From assembly GCA_905612305.1 (NCBI GenBank), contig CAJQRK010000007.1, positions 98,660 through 162,659 on the forward strand: a DNA stretch of 64,000 nt, read 5' to 3'. Positions 61,101 to 64,000 of the stretch are shown piece by piece. How positions within the stretch are numbered: position 1 is the stretch's first letter; each line of letters opens with the position of its first letter. The notes under the pieces are model-generated. The model saw nothing but the letters and a program-made list of their open reading frames with translations. It ran no database searches and was not told the origin of the DNA. A program made the position numbers and the translations under genes. The DNA comes from an uncultured Flavobacteriales bacterium (GTDB lineage: Bacteria; Bacteroidota; Bacteroidia; Flavobacteriales; BACL11).

Positions 61101-61431
61101 TACAAGTGGCGCAACGTTACAAGTACAAGTGATTTCTGGAGGAACAATAGCTGATTATGAGTTTTTATGGAATGATGCAGCAGCACAAACTACTTTTATT
61201 ATAATGCCTATCATACCTGGAATCTATACTTGTACTGTAACTGATGACAATCAATGTGACACTACTGTCACTTATGAGTTTCTTGTTAATGGAATTGAAA
61301 CTTATATTTCAGAAAAAAAGCTGCTTAAGGTAACTGATGTGCTTGGAAGAGAAACAAAAGGAACTAGCAACCAACCAATTTTTTACATCTATGATGATGG
61401 AACAGTAGAGAAAAGAATAGTTATAGAATAA
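58192..61431 (+). CDS. Large secreted leucine-rich-repeat protein with 4-Cys tandem repeats and a short C-terminal sorting-like tail
   Basis: Signal peptide. Two LRR blocks (consensus NQLTSLDVSxNTALTxLxC, ~58390-59290 and ~59750-60340). One solitary and eight tandem GC(T/M)DxxACNYDxxAxCDDGSC units. C-terminal ...KVTDVLGRETKGTSNQPIFYIYDDGTVEKRIVIE. Confidence 0.85.
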   Translation: MKKLLLILLCVPMIGFGQNVNIPDANFKTYLVGNPAINTNGDTAIQVSEATAFNGTIYCNSMNIDTLIGIEAFTALTELRCSYNQLTSLDLNTNTALTELRCEYNQLTSLDLNTNLTYLKCNNNQLTSLDVSTNTALTYLDCWTNPLTILDLDTNIALTELRCMSNQLTSLDLSSNIALEKAWCHANVLTNINLQNCINLKDLRCDQNLGLSSINLSDNLNLERFRCTVTSIDSIDVSHCANLRSLHVGGTNISSLNISNNSLLEFLSFDNLDTIDISHNLALRQIIKFYGTGPLDIDVTQHTQLQLLHWPGSNLTKLDLSNNLLLETLDCSGNQIDSLDLTNNVLLESLDCTSNSLTYLDLRNGNNHNMYNAGAFTFYCFNLAFTFPRKFSIINNPLLYCTSVDNVTYSDTAWSKDSWNTFSSNCQNEIDGCTDTAALNYDSTATINSLCDYGYTIIPDSTFEYYLETHNIGGAVVPVGNSSMGDGILDNDSVLTKNIRFVLNLDVSGNSSAGGSIQNLIGIEDFISLAYLHCRYNQLTSLGVDSNTALTNLDCSNNQLDSLDVSTNTSLTYLSCRNNQLDILDVSNNTALTSLWCNDNQLTSLDVDSNTALTYLHCHFNQLDSLDVSNNDSLIYLTCQSNQLTSLDVSSNIALTSLNCDDNQLTSLDVDSNTALMLLDCSENQLDILNVSNNTALSWLDCSSNQLTSLDVRNGNNINMIYASFINNYNLYCIDVDNSFWSTSNWYNIDPWATFSVSCQNEIYGCTDSLACNYNSLATVDDGSCLTSWGCMDTTACNYDSLTTCDDGSCLTAWGCMDTTACNYDSLATCDDGSCNTVYGCTDVAACNYDSTATCDDGSCGYISGCTNATACNYDSLATCDDGSCLTAWGCMDTTACNYDSLATCDDGSCTGLLGCTDATACNYDASANCDDGSCDGILGCADATACNYDASATCDDGSCTYFSGVVQIITSGATLQVQVISGGTIADYEFLWNDAAAQTTFIIMPIIPGIYTCTVTDDNQCDTTVTYEFLVNGIETYISEKKLLKVTDVLGRETKGTSNQPIFYIYDDGTVEKRIVIE
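60484..61083 (+). repeat. 8 x 75-bp in-frame tandem repeat encoding a 25-aa 4-Cys module
   Basis: The period was measured directly (GGATGCATGGAC at 60559, GGATGTATGGAC at 60634). Several units are nearly identical at DNA level. Confidence 0.9.
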
Positions 61432-61468
61432 AAAGAACTTAATAATCATATTAACCAAAAATACAACT

Positions 61469-61576
61469 ATGAAAAAACTAATTCTAATCTTATTGTGCTT
61501 TACATTTATTCTTTCTGCATGTAGCACTAGCCGTAAATGTGATGGAGGGAAGAAAATTAAATCAGAAATGTGGTAA
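61469..61576 (+). CDS. Putative 35-aa mini-lipoprotein (below ORF-track cutoff)
   Basis: MKKLILILLCFTFILSACSTSRKCDGGKKIKSEMW, with signal peptide plus lipobox. It sits between the LRR gene and paaJ. Confidence 0.35.
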   Translation: MKKLILILLCFTFILSACSTSRKCDGGKKIKSEMW

Positions 61577-61591
61577 CACAAAAATAAAGAG

Positions 61592-62791
61592 ATGACCTAT
61601 ATAATTGATGCCATAAGAACTCCAATCGGAAGTTTTGGAGGTACACTTAAGGAAGTAAGAACTGATGACTTGGGGGCAATTACAATCAGAGCACTTATAA
61701 AAAGAACAGGAATTAATAGCAGTAAAATTGATGACGTAATTTTAGGATGTGCCAATCAATCTGGGGAAGATAACAGAAATGTAGCACGTATGTCCTTACT
61801 GCTTGCAGGATTACCATTCACTGTTCCTGGAGAAACTGTAAACCGTTTATGTGCTTCTGGAATGTCATCCGTAATTCATACACACAGAGCCATTGCTGCA
61901 GGTGATGGGGATTTGTTTATTGCAGGAGGAGTTGAAAATATGACAAGAGGGCCTTGGGTAATTTCCAAAGCATCTCAGCCTTTTGGCAGAGATGCACAGA
62001 TGCACGACTCATCTTTTGGCTGGCGATTTGTAAATCCTAAAATGAAAGAACTGTATGGAGTTGATAGCATGGGAAATACAGCTGAAAACCTAGCAAAAAA
62101 ATACAATATCTCCCGTGAGGATCAAGATAAATTTGCCTACAATTCACAAATAAAAGCTTCAAAAGCACAATGTTCAGGAAGATTTTCGGAAGAAATAATC
62201 CCTGTTGAAATTCCACAAAGAAAAAAAGATCCAATTATCTTTAAACATGATGAATTTATAAAAGGAGATACATCATTAGAAGTTTTAGGCAAGTTACGCA
62301 CTGCCTTTAAAAAAGAAGGAGGAACTGTTACGGCAGGAAATGCTTCTGGGCTTAATGATGGAGCAGCCGCAATGTTATTGGCTTCAGAAAAAGGTGTAAA
62401 AGAAAATAACCTCACTCCCATTGCAAAAATTGTTAGCTCAGCTGTTGTGGGTGTTGAACCAAGAATTATGGGAATAGGACCTGTAAATGCTTCCAACAAA
62501 GCACTAAAGAAAGCAGGGTTAACAATGGAGGACATGGATATTATTGAACTAAATGAAGCTTTTTCAGCTCAAGCATTAGCTTGTATCAGAGAATGGGGAC
62601 TGAAAGATAACGACCCAAGAATAAACCCAAATGGAGGTGCTATTGCACTTGGTCATCCACTTGGAGTAAGTGGTACAAGAATTTTACAAACTGCTGCTAT
62701 TGAACTAAAAAAACAAAATAAAAAATATGCATTAGTAACTATGTGTATTGGTGTTGGCCAAGGATATGCAACAATAATTGAGAGATTATAA
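61592..62791 (+). CDS. paaJ: 3-oxoadipyl-CoA/3-oxo-5,6-dehydrosuberyl-CoA thiolase
   Basis: Thiolase motifs NRLCASGMS (active Cys), NPNGGAIALGHPLG and CIGVGQG. Confidence 0.9.
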   Translation: MTYIIDAIRTPIGSFGGTLKEVRTDDLGAITIRALIKRTGINSSKIDDVILGCANQSGEDNRNVARMSLLLAGLPFTVPGETVNRLCASGMSSVIHTHRAIAAGDGDLFIAGGVENMTRGPWVISKASQPFGRDAQMHDSSFGWRFVNPKMKELYGVDSMGNTAENLAKKYNISREDQDKFAYNSQIKASKAQCSGRFSEEIIPVEIPQRKKDPIIFKHDEFIKGDTSLEVLGKLRTAFKKEGGTVTAGNASGLNDGAAAMLLASEKGVKENNLTPIAKIVSSAVVGVEPRIMGIGPVNASNKALKKAGLTMEDMDIIELNEAFSAQALACIREWGLKDNDPRINPNGGAIALGHPLGVSGTRILQTAAIELKKQNKKYALVTMCIGVGQGYATIIERL

Positions 62792-63384
62792 TGATTTACG
62801 AATTTAACGGATATAAACCAGTAATACACACAAGTTCCTTTGTGCATAAAGAAGCAACTATTATTGGCAATGTAATTATCGGAAAAAATGTATATATCGG
62901 ACCTGGAGCTTCACTTAGAGGTGATTGGGGGAAAATTACAATTGAAGATGGTTGTAATGTTCAGGACAATTGTATTATTCATATTTTCCCAGGAAAAGAT
63001 GTGGTACTACAAGAAAATGCTCATATCGGACATGGTGCGATTATTCATGGAGCAAATATTGGAAGAAATAGTATGATAGGTATGAATGCCGTAGTCATGG
63101 ATGATGCAAATGTTGGGGATGAGTGTATTGTTGGAGCTCTTTGTTTTGTAAAAGGGGAAATGCAAATACCAAATAGAAAAATAGTTGTTGGTAATCCTGC
63201 TCAGATAAAAGGAAATGTTTCTGATGAAATGCTAAATTGGAAAAGTAAAGGAACAGAGTTGTACCAAGAGTTGCCAGAAGAATGCAAAACTTTAATGAAA
63301 GAATGTACTCCACTTTCTGAAATAGAAGAAAACAGAAAAGAAAAGCAAAAAATTACTTTCGATACTTGGAAAAACACACAATGA
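62791..63384 (+). CDS. paaY: Hexapeptide-repeat (gamma-carbonic-anhydrase-like) protein PaaY
   Basis: Left-handed beta-helix hexapeptide repeats (IGNVIIGKNVYIGPGASLRGD...HIGHGAIIHGANIG); operon context. Confidence 0.8.
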   Translation: MIYEFNGYKPVIHTSSFVHKEATIIGNVIIGKNVYIGPGASLRGDWGKITIEDGCNVQDNCIIHIFPGKDVVLQENAHIGHGAIIHGANIGRNSMIGMNAVVMDDANVGDECIVGALCFVKGEMQIPNRKIVVGNPAQIKGNVSDEMLNWKSKGTELYQELPEECKTLMKECTPLSEIEENRKEKQKITFDTWKNTQ

Positions 63385-64000
63385 AAGATTACGAAAATTA
63401 CGCATTAGGAAATTGGACTAAAGGAGATGGAGATGGAACGCCACTCTTTAATGCAATTACAGCAGAAGAAATAGGAAGAGCATCTTCAAAAGGATTGGAC
63501 TTTTCTAAAATGATGAATTATGCCAGGAAGGTAGGTGGTGCTAAACTTAGAAAGATGACCTTTCAAGAAAGGGGATTAATGTTAAAAGCATTGGCACTTC
63601 ATCTGCATTCCATAAAAAATAAATTCTATGCACTAAGCGGAGAAACAGGAGCTACAAAAGTTGACTCCTGGATTGATATTGAAGGAGGAATCGGTAATAT
63701 TTTTGCCAATGCATCTCTAAGAAAGAACTTCCCGGATCTACCTTATCATATTGATGGCGAGATGGCTCCCCTATCTAAAAACGGAACTTTTATCGGGCAT
63801 CATATTATGATGCCAAGAGAGGGCGTTGCTATACACATTAACGCTTTTAATTTCCCGATTTGGGGAATGTTAGAAAAGATTGCTGTGAATTTAATGGCTG
63901 GAGTACCTGCTATAGTAAAGCCGGCAACTATTACTTGTTTCCTTACCGAAATGATGGTTCGTGAAATTGTAGATTCTAAAATTTTACCAGAAGGAAGTTT
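63381..64000 (+). CDS. paaZ: Aldehyde-dehydrogenase-domain ring-opening enzyme PaaZ/PaaN; 3' end runs off the window
   Basis: Not in the ORF track. Its ATG at 63381 overlaps the paaY stop (ATGA). MKDYENYALGNWTKGDG...INAFNFPIWGMLEKIAVNLMAGVPAIVKPAT is typical of the PaaN/PaaZ N-terminus. Confidence 0.8.
   Translation, partial: MKDYENYALGNWTKGDGDGTPLFNAITAEEIGRASSKGLDFSKMMNYARKVGGAKLRKMTFQERGLMLKALALHLHSIKNKFYALSGETGATKVDSWIDIEGGIGNIFANASLRKNFPDLPYHIDGEMAPLSKNGTFIGHHIMMPREGVAIHINAFNFPIWGMLEKIAVNLMAGVPAIVKPATITCFLTEMMVREIVDSKILPEGS

Noticed and set aside
12893-63313. Further shadow ORFs: 12893..13081, 15270..15494, 20460..20717, 20695..20961, 21136..21330, 22047..22238, 23314..23583, 25736..25993, 27572..27784, 29960..30163, 31681..32007, 35739..35981, 43289..43489, 43495..43791, 45639..45827, 48334..48519, 52364..52606, 54097..54282, 54412..54603, 54943..55218, 56789..57001, 57729..57911, 61309..61581, 62037..62234, 62137..62535, 62653..62847, 62888..63076 and 63095..63313.
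   Set aside because: The reasoning is the same: each sits opposite or out of frame relative to a confidently assigned gene.

Overview
AT-rich chromosomal window from a Bacteroidota, Flavobacteriales-type genome. The taxon call rests on gldJ, porU/porV, PorP/SprF, T9SS C-terminal sorting tails and a TTG..TAnnTTTG promoter. All product calls come from reading motifs by eye; no database or HMM search was possible. Layout: (i) 1-36 kb is mostly housekeeping: an M43 protease that runs off the window edge and is missing from the ORF track, lipA, ung, rlmB, tpx, aquaporin-katG, ispF, porV-porU, porP-gldJ-murF, a wza/wzz-like exporter, acyl-CoA dehydrogenase, anmK, a GDH-family enzyme, mscS, a frameshifted nhaD and exbB-exbD-tonB-folC. 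(ii) tRNA-Val(UAC) at 35990-36064 carries an apparently intact ~7.0 kb integrative element (36044-43090), bounded by a 22-nt direct repeat of the tRNA 3' end. It encodes a tyrosine integrase, an AlpA/excisionase-like HTH protein, a 510-aa protein whose motifs line up with family-A polymerase motifs, and secreted hydrolase plus gluzincin-like cargo. (iii) 43-52 kb is a mosaic of stress and accessory genes: htpG, gpx, a cupredoxin-FAS1x3 protein, msrB, an APH-like kinase, a truncated gluP-like MFS gene, a GlcNAc-kinase-like gene and a GNAT. It is punctuated by a same-orientation repeat family that resembles the tRNA-Val 3' end plus a CCCACTCA/TGAGTGGG hairpin. (iv) 52-64 kb is a phenylacetate (paa) catabolic cluster, interrupted between paaI and paaJ by a 1079-aa LRR/Cys-repeat secreted protein and a mini-lipoprotein. 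The best candidate for something new is the tRNA-Val element with its PolA-like putative replicase. Secondary candidates are the repeat (att-scar-like) family, the operon-interrupting LRR protein, and simple-sequence tracts (G8 in nhaD, (AGTTT)5 before the FAS1 gene).
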